64,000 nt of DNA from Callorhinchus milii (GCF_018977255.1 NW_024704742.1:7938001-8002000), one strand, 5' to 3'; shown: positions 11,911 through 24,915, numbered from the stretch's first letter. The notes: generated from the letters alone by a model not told the origin. Numbers and translations: made by a program.

Positions 11911-11979
11911 GATCATTGTGATAGGGGAATAAACCCTGTCAATGCTTTCTATCGATATAGGCGTCCATTTATGTGTAAA

Positions 11980-12180
11980 AGAGCGTGTTTCCTTTTCGAC
12001 TTGAGACATCTCAAAGCGTTTCACAGAATGTGATGAAATGTGAATTGATCGCGTATTTTGTGGGCGAAATGCGGCAGCCAATTGCTCACAGCAGTGTCCC
12101 ACAAACAGTCACGGATTGAGTGACCACATTATTATTTAAAAGAAAACATTTTTTGAAGATATTATTACTCCCGGAAAAGC
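11980..12180 (-). mobile_element. CORE-like SINE 3' half
   Basis: gcggcagccaattgctcacagcagtgtcccacaaacagtc... Confidence 0.85.
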
Positions 12181-12587
12181 TAATGCATCAGTAACAGTTT
12201 ATAGCTGGGGGCTAGAAGGAGGTGAGAGAACTCTGTACAAAGCAATGGCTTTCTTATTTAAAAAAAACTTTGGTGCAAGTCTGTTTTCAGGGCATGTGCA
12301 CTGCCTTCCTACAGTCATTCACTTCATGGCAGTTTGTAGAAAATTCCTGTGTGCAATTGTGCTGCCACATTTGCCTACAAGTACACAGTCGCTCCATTTC
12401 ACAAATCCTGTGAAGAGCTTTGAGACATTCTTGCAATGTAATAAGGCACTATACCAAATGCAAGGATTATTATGGGATTATTATATTTGCAACCCTTTAT
12501 GTGAAGAATTTGCTTAGAATGATATGTCTACTTCCAAAGGAGAGATCCCCAAAGGTCAGTGTCACAGACTGCTGATTATCGGCTATT

Positions 12588-12940
12588 GTGGAGTCCTGTA
12601 GCTCAGTGGTTAGAGCACTCGCCTCGCAAGCGAGAGACCTGGGTTTGATTCCCAGCAGAGCGAATAGTTGGGCAAGTTTCCTTACTCCACACGCCTCTAT
12701 TTACCTCACAGTAAATGGGAACCCAGTTGTTAGTCGATTGGCGGATCGCTTTTCCGGGGTAATAATTCCTTCAAAATATAATAATAACGACTAAATTAGT
12801 CACTCAATCCATGAATGTTTTTGGTAGCAATTGGCTGCCGCGTTTCGCCCACAAAATATACAAGCAATTCACTTTACAGTATATTCTGTGAAGCGCTTTG
12901 AGACGTCTCGAAGAAGTGATGAAATGCAAGTATTATTATT
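12588..12940 (+). mobile_element. tRNA-Ala-headed CORE-like SINE, long subfamily, near full length
   Basis: tRNA head; ttgggcaagtttccttactccacacgcctctatttacctcacagtaaatggg (CORE-like); tail ending in (TTA)n. Confidence 0.92.
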
Positions 12941-13086
12941 AGCTTTAATACCATCATATGTTCAGATGGCAAAAGCCGATACAAAATTGTGGTAAGGCAC
13001 AACTGAGCAGATACCACACCATTCACAACAGATCTAACAATCTTCCAACACTTGAATTCTCACAATTCATATGTTCCACGAAAGAC

Positions 13087-13125
<39 letters not shown>

Positions 13126-13822
13126 CATTCAAAACATACTCAGTTATGAAAGCAACAGCAGGGAACAAGTGTCTGGCAGCAGGAAACAAAATTGAAAGAG
13201 TTGCTGCTCCTTTTTGCCTGAGTTAACAATCATGGAAGACAGTTTGGGGTTAACCAGACTCCCGAGAACTGGATGACACATTGAGTTACTGCACTCTCCT
13301 TTCGCTTTTAGGTACAGGTTTGAGACGAGACCAAGTTGATGGGATGAAGGCTGCCTTTCTCTCAACCATAGATCCGTAGAAATTTACATTCTAAAAGGAG
13401 GGTCATTTGCTCAAACTGGCTTCCGTATTTGCCTACAAAATACACAGTCGCTACAGTTTACAGAAACTCTCTAGGAAGCACTTTCAGATGTTTCAACGTC
13501 ATATGATACAAGGATGTATTATTATTATTATTATTATTATTTATTATTTGTAATAAAATGGAAAACATTGTACCTACTCTCAGAGGAAGGTCCAGGCTCA
13601 AATCTCCTCAACTTGCATTAGGTTTTACCGTTCCCATCGCCAGTTTCCTGTAACTAAACCATCTTAGTGTTCACTCACAACCCTCAGCTATTAGCTTTCT
13701 GACACATATGGAACATCACTTCACTCTACAGTCAATTCACTTTACAGTGTATTCTGTGAAGCGCTTTGAGACGTCTCAAAGACATGATAAGGCACTGTAT
13801 CAAATACAAGGCCTATTATTAT
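12900..13822 (+). repeat. Local duplication, copy A (~0.9 kb)
   Basis: Near-identical to 26043-26955, including unique sequence, (GA)n and an internal SINE tail. Confidence 0.95.
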
Positions 13823-14034
13823 CATCACAGCACAGAAATGATGGATAAATCCAGTGTGTCTGTTAATAATAAGCAAATGCTTCAACCATGTATTACATGG
13901 AGATTTGATGGCTGAGGTGCAGAACTGTTGTATTGGAAGATATCTGTTTGGATGCCTCTCTGTATTCATCACATGTCGATGGGCAGCAGAGAGTAATCCA
14001 TGAACAATCATTAGCAATGGCACACATTAATTCT

Positions 14035-14280
14035 GGAGGCCCTGAGGGAGTTACTTCAGCCTGGTCTTCTTCCTGATTTTCATTGATGACCTGGTGAGAC
14101 AGATTATGTCACAGATTGATCTTGTCGCAAATGAACACTCTATGGAAGACACGGTGACCTCTCAGGGTGACTGCAGATCAGACAAATTAAGATCTTTAAA
14201 CCATCACCCATTAAACAGATGAGTGTGATGTCCTACACATTGAATACAAGAAACACAGTGCTTAGTTTCATCTGGTTGTG
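14035..14280 (+). mobile_element. Degenerate CR1 RT fragment
   Basis: tctggaggccctgagggag...gtcttcttcctgattttcattgatgacctg resembles SGVPQGS...LFLIFINDL. Confidence 0.6.
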
Positions 14281-14348
14281 TGGTTTATTTTAGATCCCAT
14301 ACGCCAACAGAGCAGCAGTAGCATGTAAAGGAGCAGCTATTGTGCTAT

Positions 14349-14712
14349 TGGAGTCTTGTGGCTCAGTGGTTAGAGCACTCGCCTCGCAAGCAAATGACCT
14401 GGGTTTGATTCCTGGCAGGGCGAAACACTGGGCAAGTTTCCTTACTCCACACGCCTCTGTTTACCCAGCAGTAAATAGGAACCCGGTTTTTAGTCAATTG
14501 GCGGATCGCATTTTGGAGGTAATAATCCTTAAAAAAAAAGAATTTGGTCACTCAATCCACGACTGTTTGTGGGACACTGCTGTGTGCAATTGGCGGTTGC
14601 ATTTCACGCGCAAAAAAATATACAGTCAATTCATTTCATGGCATATTCTGTGAAGTACTTTAAGACGTCTCAACAATATGATAAGGTGCTATACAGATGC
14701 AAGGATTGTTAT
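14349..14712 (+). mobile_element. CORE-like SINE, long subfamily, full length
   Basis: Head, CORE-like middle and tail all present. Confidence 0.92.
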
Positions 14713-14796
14713 ATATTGCTGCCACATTTACTTACAAAATACACAGTCACTTCACTTTATAATAAATGTCCTGTGAAGCACTTTGAGACATTTTGA

Positions 14797-15127
14797 TAAT
14801 AATAATAATAATAATAATAATATTAGCCTTGCATTTGATATAGCGCTTTTCACGTCTTCTAGACGTCTCAAAGCGCTTCACAGAATATACTGTAAAGTGA
14901 AGTGACCGTATATTTGTGGGCGAAACGCGGCAGTCAATTGCGCACATCAGCGTCCCACAAACAGTCATGGATTGAAAATGACAAATTTATTATTGTTTTG
15001 TTCTGGAGGGTTGTTATCAGGCGTGTGGAGTAAGAAAACTTGCCCAAGGTTTCGCCCTGCCTGGAATTGAACCCAGGTGTCTCGCTTGCAAGGCGAGTGC
15101 TCTAACCGCTGAGCTACAGGACTCCAC
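14797..15127 (-). mobile_element. CORE-like SINE, short subfamily, full length
   Basis: Lacks the ~60-nt middle block (ccacacgcctgataacaacc); long (TAA)n tail. Confidence 0.92.
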
Positions 15128-15474
15128 ATTTGATGTCATGATAACACATTATAGCGAATGAAATTTATATTAATATTAATAATATTAATTGTATTAATAT
15201 TAATTAAGCCATTCAGCCGTTGGATCACAAGTAGGAAGTTACCTCAGTCCATGGGTACAATCTCTTGGGTTGTACCTTCTGATTTAATGCAAATTAAATT
15301 CCTTTTTGAAGGTCCTATTGGAGCTGGAAGGCAAAAATCAAATGCGCAACCATGTAGTAAAGGGAAAGCAGCTCAAATATTATCCATCACAAGTGACTGT
15401 TCCTATAGTTAACAGGTCCCCAATGAAGTTCCTTTCAGACACATTGCTCTATAACTTGTGTTTAACTTGGTGGA

Positions 15475-15710
15475 CAAGCCTTCAGCCGCTCTGCCCCCTA
15501 CCCTCTGGAACCCCATCTGCCTCGACTCCTCCCTTGCCTCGTTAAGACCCATCTCAAGACCTTCCTCTTCGACCATGCCTTCGATCACCCTCATTTCCCC
15601 CCTGCCCTCCACCATCCCCGATCCCGACCCCCAGCTCGGGTCCAAAACACTGATTGTCCGGTCCCTTGGGACATCCTCCCGACGTGAAACGCGCTATACA
15701 AATGTAATAA
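15475..15710 (+). mobile_element. L2 LINE 3' end (family A)
   Basis: AFS..APTLWN...LKT.LFD-like text, then gggacatcctcccgacgtgaaacgcgctatacaaatg. Confidence 0.85.
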
Positions 15711-16014
15711 ACCTAAGATGGTTAGAACCCAGAATCCCCTGAAGGGCTGCCGTATGGATAGGGTCACCTAAAAGCGAAAGGCAAGAGGGCAGCCCCTGAC
15801 ACTAAAGGGGGTGAGCCAGGTCAATAGTGGTTTCTGCTCAAACAGAGGAGGGCAGCAGAAGATCAGGTGATATGGGAGGAAACTGGCCCAAATACAAATG
15901 GCACAAGCTGCAACCCCAGACCACTTCAGCCCTTTACAGCAGAAACCTCTGGTCACTCCTCTAAAAGCCTCAGCTCCACGTGACTGCTCAGAGAGGTCCT
16001 ACCATTCCATTAAC

Positions 16015-16285
16015 CAGCATCACAGACCACGAGGGGACACCAGGTTATCAGTCAGTGTAAAATTAGTTTCGAAGGATTGGAAAGATTACCTGGCTAACTA
16101 GGTCAACTTCTCTTTACCTAGAGGTAATTATTAACTGGAACAGGTTGACGGGAAGGGTGGTTTGGGTCAGGAAACTGGACTAATTTAAAAATCAATTTGA
16201 TATTGTGGTGGGAGAACGACAGAGTGGGTGTTCTGGAGGGCAGAGATCAGATGGGGCCTTATTCATCCAATTAATCTTGTGTTTG
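16015..16285 (+). mobile_element. CR1 LINE 3' fragment
   Basis: ttctctttacctagaggtaattattaactggaacaggttgac...; same family as 2740-3065. Confidence 0.65.
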
Positions 16286-16449
16286 TTCTGTTCCACTGGA
16301 AATCCGTTCTTCTGGCCTTCGTAAAGGACTGAAAACCTATGGCTTGTCCCTGACCCGGATCTGTATGCTTATAATATACTAACTGTACTCGTTGCAGCTA
16401 CGCTTGCAACCAAAGGATCCAATATGGAATGTAGATATATCGTTCCCCC

Positions 16450-18835
16450 AAACCCTCCCCCACCACCATTTTACCCCACCCTCCTATTTTCCCTCTCCCT
16501 CTGCTCTGAATGCCTCCTCATCCTAGGCGACTTAAACCTGCACTTCAACCCATCCTGCTCTATCTCCGCTGGTTCCTCCCCTCTCCTCTCCTCCCTACAA
16601 CCTCTTCCTCCACATCCACTCCACTACCCACGTCCATGGCCACAGGCTTGACCTGGTGATTACCCGGGGCCTCAATGTCTTGGACCTCACCATCATTGAC
16701 AAAGCCATCTCGGACCATTACGTCATCTCGCCTAACTCCTCATTCCCTCTCCCCACCGCCACCCGACCCACCTCCACCTCCTACCACCCCTGGAAAAAAA
16801 TTTCCCCCAACTCCCTCTCTGCTGCCTTGGAATCATCTGAACTCCTCCCACTCTGGGTTTACTCTTGCAATGACCTATCCTCCTCGGTCACTCCTCCACA
16901 ACTCCATCTCCACCACTTTCGATGCCCTTGCTCCCCTCACTTCCCAAACCATCTCCAACTCATGGAAGTCACCCTGATACAGCAGCCACCTCCGTTCCCT
17001 TAAGGCTCAGGTGCATGCCCCTGAAGGTACTTAGCTAAAATGCAACTCTATGGTCCATCGGCAGAACTGGCCGGATCTTATCAAATGTTACCAGTCTGCC
17101 CTCGCCTCAGCTAAATCGTCGTTCTACTCCAAGACAATCTTGAAGGCCAAGGACAAATCCAGGCTCTTCTTCTCCATCACCAACTGACTCCTGCACCCAC
17201 CCTCTCATGCCTCGCCCATCCTCATCTCCAACACCAACTACAAGAAGATGCTGGACTTCCTCGAAATCAAAGTCGAGAGGATCCGCTCAGCTGCCTCTAA
17301 CCTTCCAACCACTATCCCCTCCCCATCTCCCCCTCACATCTAGGAACTACCCATCCCTCCCTCCACACCTTCAAACCTATCACCCTCTCCTCTCTCATCA
17401 CCACCATAACCCACATGAAACCGACCACCTGCTCCCTCGACCCCATCCCTACCCCTCTCCTTACCTCCCAGCTACATCTTTTTGCCCCCTACTCACAGAC
17501 CACATAAACCTGTCCCTATCCACTGGCACCGTTCCCATCCTCTAAAAATGGCCGTCATCACTCCTAATCTTAAAAAACCCTCCCTGGACCCATCCCTACT
17601 CTCAAATACTGCCCCATCTCCAACCTTCCTTTCCTTTCCAAGGTCCTGGAATGAGTTGTTGCTTCCTAGCTTTGTTCCTTCCTCTCCCATCACTCCCTTC
17701 ACAAATCCCCCCTCCCCCCAATCGGGATTGTGGAGTCCTGTAGCTCAGTGGTTAGAGCACTCGCTTTGCAAGCGAGAGACCTGAGTTCAATTCCAGGCAA
17801 AGGGCGAAACCTTGGGCAAGTTTCCTTACTCCACACAGAGCCTAATAATAATCCCTCCAAAACCCAAAACAATAATAAATTGGTCATTTTCAATCTACGA
17901 CTGTTTGTGGGACATTGCTGTGCGCAATTGGCTGCCGCGTTCGCCCACAAATATAGTCAATTCACTTTACAGTGTGTTCTGTGAAGCGCTTTGGGACGTC
18001 CTCCCGACGTGAAAAGCGCTGTATCAAATGCAAGGATTATTATTATTATTATATATATTCTGTGCTGCACAAAACACAGAAACAGCTTTAGTCAAAGTGA
18101 CAAATGACATTTTGTCCATCTGTTACCAGGGCTCCCTCTGCCTCCTCGTCCCCCTTGAGCACTCTGTTGCCTTCAATAACGTTGATCAATTTACCCTCCT
18201 CCACCGTCTCTCCTCTCACCTCAATCTTCATTGTTCTATCCTTGACTTCAGATCCTACCTCTCATACCGTCTCCACTTCATCTCCACAAACAGCTTCTTC
18301 TCCAGCCCCCGGTGTCTTGTGCGGCGTTCCTCAGGGCTCTGTCCTTAGTCCTCTTATCTTCAATATCTATATGCTCCCTCTTGGTGACATCATCCGTAGA
18401 CATGGGGTCAATTTCCACATGTATGTGGATGACACCCAACTGTACCTCTCTGCCTCCATCCTTGACACCAGGACCACTGCTGTCCTGACAGAATGTCTGC
18501 CAGATATTAAATCCTGGATGAGAGCTAACTTTGTAAAGTTGAACATCAGCAAGACCGAGGCTCTCCTGATTGGTACCCGTCAGCGCCTCCACACCTCAGG
18601 CCCCGACAGCATCACCATCCAAGGATGCACACTCCACCTTACTGAGCCAGTCGAGAACCTTAGGGTCTTGTTTGACCCTCAACTATCCGTTCCACCCCAC
18701 ATCCATGCAATGATCCACTCTGCCTTCCCCCACCTCCGCAACATCACCCGGCTCCTTCCACGCACCCCCTGCCCCCCACCCTTCCTGATCCCAAACCCCA
18801 GCTTGGATCCGAAGCACTGATTGTCCAATGACTTC
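16450..18835 (+). mobile_element. L2 LINE ORF2 remnant (APE endonuclease + RT), frameshifted, split by a SINE
   Basis: LLILGDLNLHFN and DL.ITRGL...ISDHY (APE motifs); [41 protein letters not shown] and LNISKTE (RT) in ORF 18104-18820. Confidence 0.95.
17730..18050 (+). mobile_element. CORE-like SINE, short subfamily, inserted into L2 ORF2
   Basis: Full head-to-tail copy; L2 text resumes on both sides (ccaatcgggatt | tctgtgctgcacaaaacacagaaacagc). Confidence 0.95.
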
Positions 18836-19859
18836 GGATTGAAGTGACCATTTTATTATTATTTCTTTTATTTTTTTGCTTGCAGATGATTACAGTTTAT
18901 TGTAATAAAATCTACCTGTATTAAACCAAAATAGTTACCTTCCTTTCCTTTGTCCAAACCATTCCTGTGAACACGATAATACTAATAGTTATTTTTGCAT
19001 TTGATACAGTGCCTATAACGTTGAAATGTCTCAAAGAGATAATTACTGTAAACTGATAGTGTATTTGTAGTTGGAATACACATTTGTGCCAACAGTCATT
19101 GCAATTGATATTCACTATTATATTTGATTCTGTAATTGCCTATTTTACCATAATGTATATTCAGTAAAATGTAACTTTTCACTGCAGACTCAAATCACGA
19201 TTACATATTGAATGAATGGAATTATTTCACTGGTCAGTACATTAGAGGAAGTTGTCCTTATTCTGTCTGGCAGGTAAAGATCCACAATCAGATGTCAGGG
19301 CAGGATATTTGTGGTATTTATCAATAAAGCCAGATCTCAGCCTATGAATTGCATAAATTTGCAGGTGGCTTTACTAACAAATAACAAGGCTAAGAGTAAC
19401 AACCGGGTCAGCTGGTGTGGATGCTGTTTCCTGAGATACTAATTTGGGTTTAATACGGTGTTAATGGGTGCCCCAAAATAAAATTAGTTATAACAGTTGT
19501 GGGTCAGGAAGAAACCAATTAATTTTAATGCTTTGGTTTCCGAATACTGTTGCAGGTTGCCTGCACATATAATAGAGGCAACAAACATCAGAGGGTCAGG
19601 CTATCATGCGGCAATTGCTAAAAAAAAGTGTGTGCTAATAATTGAATTTCCTATTATAAACATGTAAGAGAACTCAAATCAGTATTTTTAGCAATCCATG
19701 CAATGATAGAGCCCAGACCAGCATTGCCTGGCTAAGTCACTACACTTAACAATGATTACTGTAAGGTGCTTTGAGACGTTTCTACGTGATAAAGTGTTAT
19801 AAAAATGGAAATTCTTGTTTAAGTTCTCTATTCTTCTTTGTGTAACCAAAGGGCTAAAT

Positions 19860-20165
19860 TTCTCATTGACACTAAGAGTAGTGACATTGACAATGTCAGA
19901 GTCTAACAGACTTTCTGTATTTTTACACACAGGGTAGTTAGGATATGGAATGCCAAGCCGGAAGAGGTGATTCAGGCAGAATCCATATTTGCTTTCAAAA
20001 GGAAACTAGATAAATGCTTAAGAAGAAGCAACCTGCAGGAGTCTGGGGATAGGGCGGGTAAATGGAACTGAAAGGATTGTTCTTAAAACAGCATTTTCAT
20101 TTTTATAACACATCACAATGGGCTGAATGGCCTTTTGCTGTGCGGTAAATTTCTATGGTTCTATC
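19860..20165 (+). mobile_element. CR1 LINE 3' end
   Basis: tttttacacacagggtagttaggatatggaatgcc...aggaaactagataaatg...gggctgaatggcc...ttctatggttctat. Confidence 0.8.
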
Positions 20166-21940
20166 ATCACTGTCTGTAAACAAAATTTCTAGAATTGTTC
20201 CTAATTCAAACACAAATTATATTTGTATAGAGCCTTGCATGTTATTGGGGATGGTTACTAGGGAAACCGTGAGAAACTCCTTTCTCTTTTGGAATAGTAC
20301 CAAGGGATCTTTAACATCCAAAGCGAAATAAAACTTATTTTTAAACACGTTACTTAAATACAATCAATGGCGAAAGATACTGTTTGTTGCAATTAACATA
20401 ACAGCGAACTAAAGAAAAAATATCTGTAATGACCATGGAATACCAGCCCTCTGACCTGACTTAGGCAACACCTTGCTCCGACTGGCGAATTAAAGAGTAA
20501 GACCGTTGATCCCGTGAGATTCACGCGATAACCACTAATGGGGTACTTAAAAATGTCAGATTTCAGAATTACACCAGCAATGCTAAATAATTCATGCTTA
20601 TAAACAACATTCACAGACAGGCAATCTATAGCCCCAATGCAATCTGCAGGATCATGCACCATCCATCCATGACCTTTGTAAAGGTCGCATCCATCTTACT
20701 TGATATTTTCATTTAATGGTAAAACTTCTAAAGTAATTCACATCCCACCTATAATATATATCATGTGTGATGTCCTTTTGTGATTCTACACTGTTGATAA
20801 GACATTTACAGTGGGGCTGACTCGATATTGTTTTACGGACCTAATCATTTTGAGAAAGGAAGAGGTGTGTGTACTTCTTAGTGTTCTGTTAATTTCATAT
20901 TCTTCCTAACTGAATAGAACCTGCTTGCCTGGTGTGCGGATGACTGATATGCCGACGCCGATAAAGTCCACTATAAATAGTATACTTTTGAGAGAAAAGA
21001 TGTCCCTTTTGTCAAAAAGCTGTGTAATAAGAGTATTGACATACAACGTGGAAATCCTGATTAGAAGCGCGAGGTAGACCGCGGTGCAATCAGAGGTTGG
21101 GTACGAGGTGGGGGGGGAAAATCTATCAATTTCAATCACAGCGGAAAGCAAGATAAAATTGAAAACTCAGTGAAATGAATTCCTTCGGACATGCACTCTT
21201 CTGATTTATTTTGTTATCTGGGATCCACCACAGTGTTCTGTCTACCGTTAGGCTACCGATTATTCGGACTGAATTACGTTTGATGCTCGGCAATGTAATC
21301 CAAGGTAATTTGGCCTTGGATGAACCTCCTGCTTCAGACTTCTTGCACCTGAAGCTGTAATAAGAAGCTGCCTGGCTGTTGAATGCTTAAACTAACATGT
21401 GAACCAAATGATGAGCTGTGAGCAGCGACTGATATTAAAATGACAATCCCCACTAAACAGCAGGTGGCTATACCAAGAGGGGCTTAGCTACAAAACCATT
21501 TGGATTTGCTCCAGCATCAAACGGCACTGATCAAAATTGCTATGTTCTTTACAATAACGTATTGCCTTTTTTGTGTGCTAGACTTGTCCTTTACATTTCA
21601 CATTGTTTCCGAGAGAGATCCCATGTCTGTCAAATTATATTGAAAGCCTTAAATGTTTTCTATAAACCGCTCATGTCTTCATCCTTCTAATTTATTATGT
21701 TTGCTGTAAGTTTCTATTCCTTCATCTCTGAGGTTTTAGCTTACTGTATATATGGGCGACATAAAATTGTTTGCAACCGCATTAGTCAAATATTAACTTT
21801 CATCCCAAGAGCTTTGGCTATATTTTGAAAGAAATTATTCTGACCTAATATAAACCACTGCTGAGTCCCTATTCGGGATGGTGGAGTCGAACACTCATGA
21901 GCTTTACAAAAAAAGAGTGAATGCTGCATATACTGAATAT

Positions 21941-22292
21941 GTAGAGTCCTGTAGCTCAGCTGTTAGACCACAAGCCTCGCAAGCAAGAGACCTGGGTTTG
22001 ATTCCTGGGCAAGGCGAAATGTTGAGCAAGCTTCCTTACTCCCCAGCTTCTGTTTATCCAGCAGTAAGTCGGAACCTGGTTGTTAGTCCATTGGCGAATA
22101 GCTTTTCTGCGGGCAATAATTCCTTCAAAAAAAATAATAAATTGGTCACTTCAATCCACTGCTGTTTGTGAGACACTGTGTGCACAATTGGCTGCCGCGT
22201 TTCACCCAGTTCACTTTACAGCATATTCTGTGAGGCGCTTTGAGTCATCTTGAAGACGTGTTAAGGCGCTATATCAAATTCAATCATTATTA
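21941..22292 (+). mobile_element. CORE-like SINE, long subfamily
   Basis: Diverged full-length copy. Confidence 0.9.
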
Positions 22293-24084
22293 TGACTTTC
22301 TGAAGACACTGATCTCAGCTTTAACATCCAAGAAATACTTTGAGGTGCCCTCCAGTCGTGACAAGTGTTAGATAAATGTAAGCTTATTGTTGTTGTGATT
22401 GGATTGTGTCCAAAGTTGGTTCATTGTGGTCAGCAGGACATTGGTATCTAAGTGGAATCGAGCAGATCAGTCTGAAACCCATCCACGTCAGGGCAATCGC
22501 TTTATAGTTTGGGTGTCTCAGAGGCTGCGTTAAAATGGAACACTAAAATATGGCTGACATCCCGGTCGGTCATCAGGTCGCCACTGATATCATTTTGCAC
22601 ACGTACTTTGAACAAAAAGACCTGTTGCCCACAATTTCCTTTGACATCAGCAGCGACTTCTGCACAGGTACAAGGTGAGCAGGAAGTGACATTGAAGTGG
22701 AAACCCGACGACCCAGAAATTGGCCATTTTTGAACATGGGATACTTTGACAGAGACGCACCTCAGTTCCTGCAGATCCACAAACCATCCGAGTCAGAAGA
22801 GAACCCAGGCTTTGGCCAGACGTTTAATAAAGTCCTGTACTTGGCTGGGATCGGTACTGCTGAACTTCCCATATGAGGTGTGTGATCTGCCGTCACACAG
22901 AGGAAGCAGAGCTCACTTGAGCACCTGGTCATTAGCCAAATGCGCACAGCAGTGTCCCGCAAACAGTGTGGATTGAGTGACCAAGTTATTATTATTTTTT
23001 TGAAGGGATTATTACCATCTATCATTCTTATTATTATTACCCTTTACCGTTATATACTTACAACATTTACTGTCAACAAAAGAACGCAGAATCTTAGAAC
23101 AACTTCTGCCACAAATCCTCATTTTGAGCAGAATCAAGTCTTGCACTAAAGGTCATTTCTGAGGTGAGCAGCAGCTCAGCAGTGACCCTGATGCTTCTTC
23201 CCCCACCCGCTAACCACCCCCCCCTCACCCCCACCCCCACACAGCCACCTCCCTCTCCGTTAGGTAGTGGGTGGGGGACTGGTGGAAATAATCTGACAGA
23301 TATTAGGAGCTCACGGTTTAAGATTCAGGTGAATACGGTTTGAAAATTATTGTTAAAATATTTGATGTTCAATGAAGAAAAAAAAAGACGTTAAAAATAA
23401 TACACTAAGCTTGGATTTACGCACCGAGCATGTTCTTGTTTATTGCAATCTCGCTGCTAATTCTTCCTTGTTAACAAAAAAAACCTCATTGCCACTCACA
23501 ACAACCTGCCCTTTGATGTTAACTCCGGCAGGATTCCTGCTGCCTTTTCCCCGCAGATCTTAGCACACGTGGTCATGGCTGACCTTTCCCAAAAAGCACT
23601 CTCCTGCTCCTAAATCCACAGGAAGAGGATCAAATGGACAAAACATCACAGCAAAACATGGCTGCAGCCAATCTAATTAATCTTTTATTTGCTACTGATC
23701 TATTAGGCACTGAATCAATTTCGGATTATGTTTACAGAATTGTGGAAAGGAAGGAGACAGGTTCTACATCTGTCTGCTTAACTGTCTAAATGAGACAGTT
23801 AAATGATCCCATGAGACATGGAGTGTACGCGCCCGGGTACTTGTAAAATAACTTTCTTTTAATTAAATACAGAGTTCTCAGCACTTAGGGGCGGATCTGG
23901 TAACAAAGTGAAGGACGTACAGCAAATATTCTGAATATTTAAGAGCTTGAAAAAATAAGGTGCAACCTGGCAGCTTGAAGTAGTTGAACACTTGACTCCA
24001 AAGTAGAAGGGCATGTAAAATAGCCATGGGCTATGTCTCTCTCGGGTAAGCGATTGTGTTTTGTCAGTCCTCAGCCAGGCTGCA

Positions 24085-24355
24085 ACCTGCTCCCTCTTTG
24101 TCTGTTTATTTGTGGGCCTTCAGCCTCTCTGTCCCACGCTCTGGAACTCCATCCGCAGTCCCTCTGCCTCGTCCCCTCCCTTGCCTCCTCCAAGACCCGT
24201 CTCAAGACCCTTCTCTTCGACCGTGCCTTCAGTCACCCTCCTACCCCTACATTCCTTGCCACCAGCTCGGGTGCAGATCCCTGATTGTCCAGCGCCTCAG
24301 GACATCCTCCTGACGTGAAAGGCGCTTTACAAATGTTTGTTGTTGTTTTTGTTAT
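24085..24355 (+). mobile_element. L2 LINE 3' end (family A)
   Basis: SLASSKTRLKTLLFDRAF, then 3' hairpin and (TTG)n. Confidence 0.88.
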
Positions 24356-24629
24356 TGTCTCCACTACCTGGGAAAGGTGAAAAGACAACAAAAAGTGATG
24401 GTGACCCGCCCAGGCCTGCGATACACTGTAATATCCTGATGGTTCCTCCTGAAGGTGCCTTTAATCCTGCCATCCCAGCTGGAGGAGGAGAGGCTTAAGT
24501 AAATAGATCTCAAGGGGGGGGGGGAAATGCTCCCAAATTTCGACCTTCTGGAAACACAATGCTCCTCTGGAGGGATACATCTGATATCCAATAATACTTC
24601 AAGTACTTATTTTGAACCTGTGTAGTTCT

Positions 24630-24915
24630 GTGTTTTGGATTTAAGCCACACATCAAGACTTGGACCTCATACAATCCAGACTGACACTAAAATGCAGTCC
24701 CGAGAGTGTGCTGCATTACTGAAAGTGCTATTCTTCAGATGAGATGTTAAATTGTGAGCCAGTTTTCCTGTTCAGGTGGACGCTAAAGATCCCATGATTT
24801 TACCAGGAAAGAGAAGGGAGTTTCTGCTGGCGGACAATCCCGCAAATAAAACCGATCGTTCACTTCATGGCTATTTGATGGGACTTTGCTGTGTGCAAAT
24901 TAGCTGCCATGATTA
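24630..24915 (+). mobile_element. Deu-domain SINE fragment
   Basis: gtgctattcttcagatgagatgttaaattg...ctgttcaggtggacgctaaagatcccatg. Confidence 0.75.

Noticed and set aside
12588..12665. tRNA-Ala genes at SINE heads
   Set aside because: Every instance continues into SINE body sequence, has variable decay and lacks G3:U70; these are SINE promoters, not tRNA genes.
15744..15795. GGGCTGCC...GGCAGCCC stem as a twister or HDV-like ribozyme
   Set aside because: Lacks the conserved UAA/pseudoknot elements; an 8-bp stem alone is unremarkable.
18104..18820. 238-aa ORF as a functional reverse transcriptase or host gene
   Set aside because: Frameshifted piece of L2 ORF2; homology covers only part of the ORF, the element is split by a SINE, and YADD reads YVDD.
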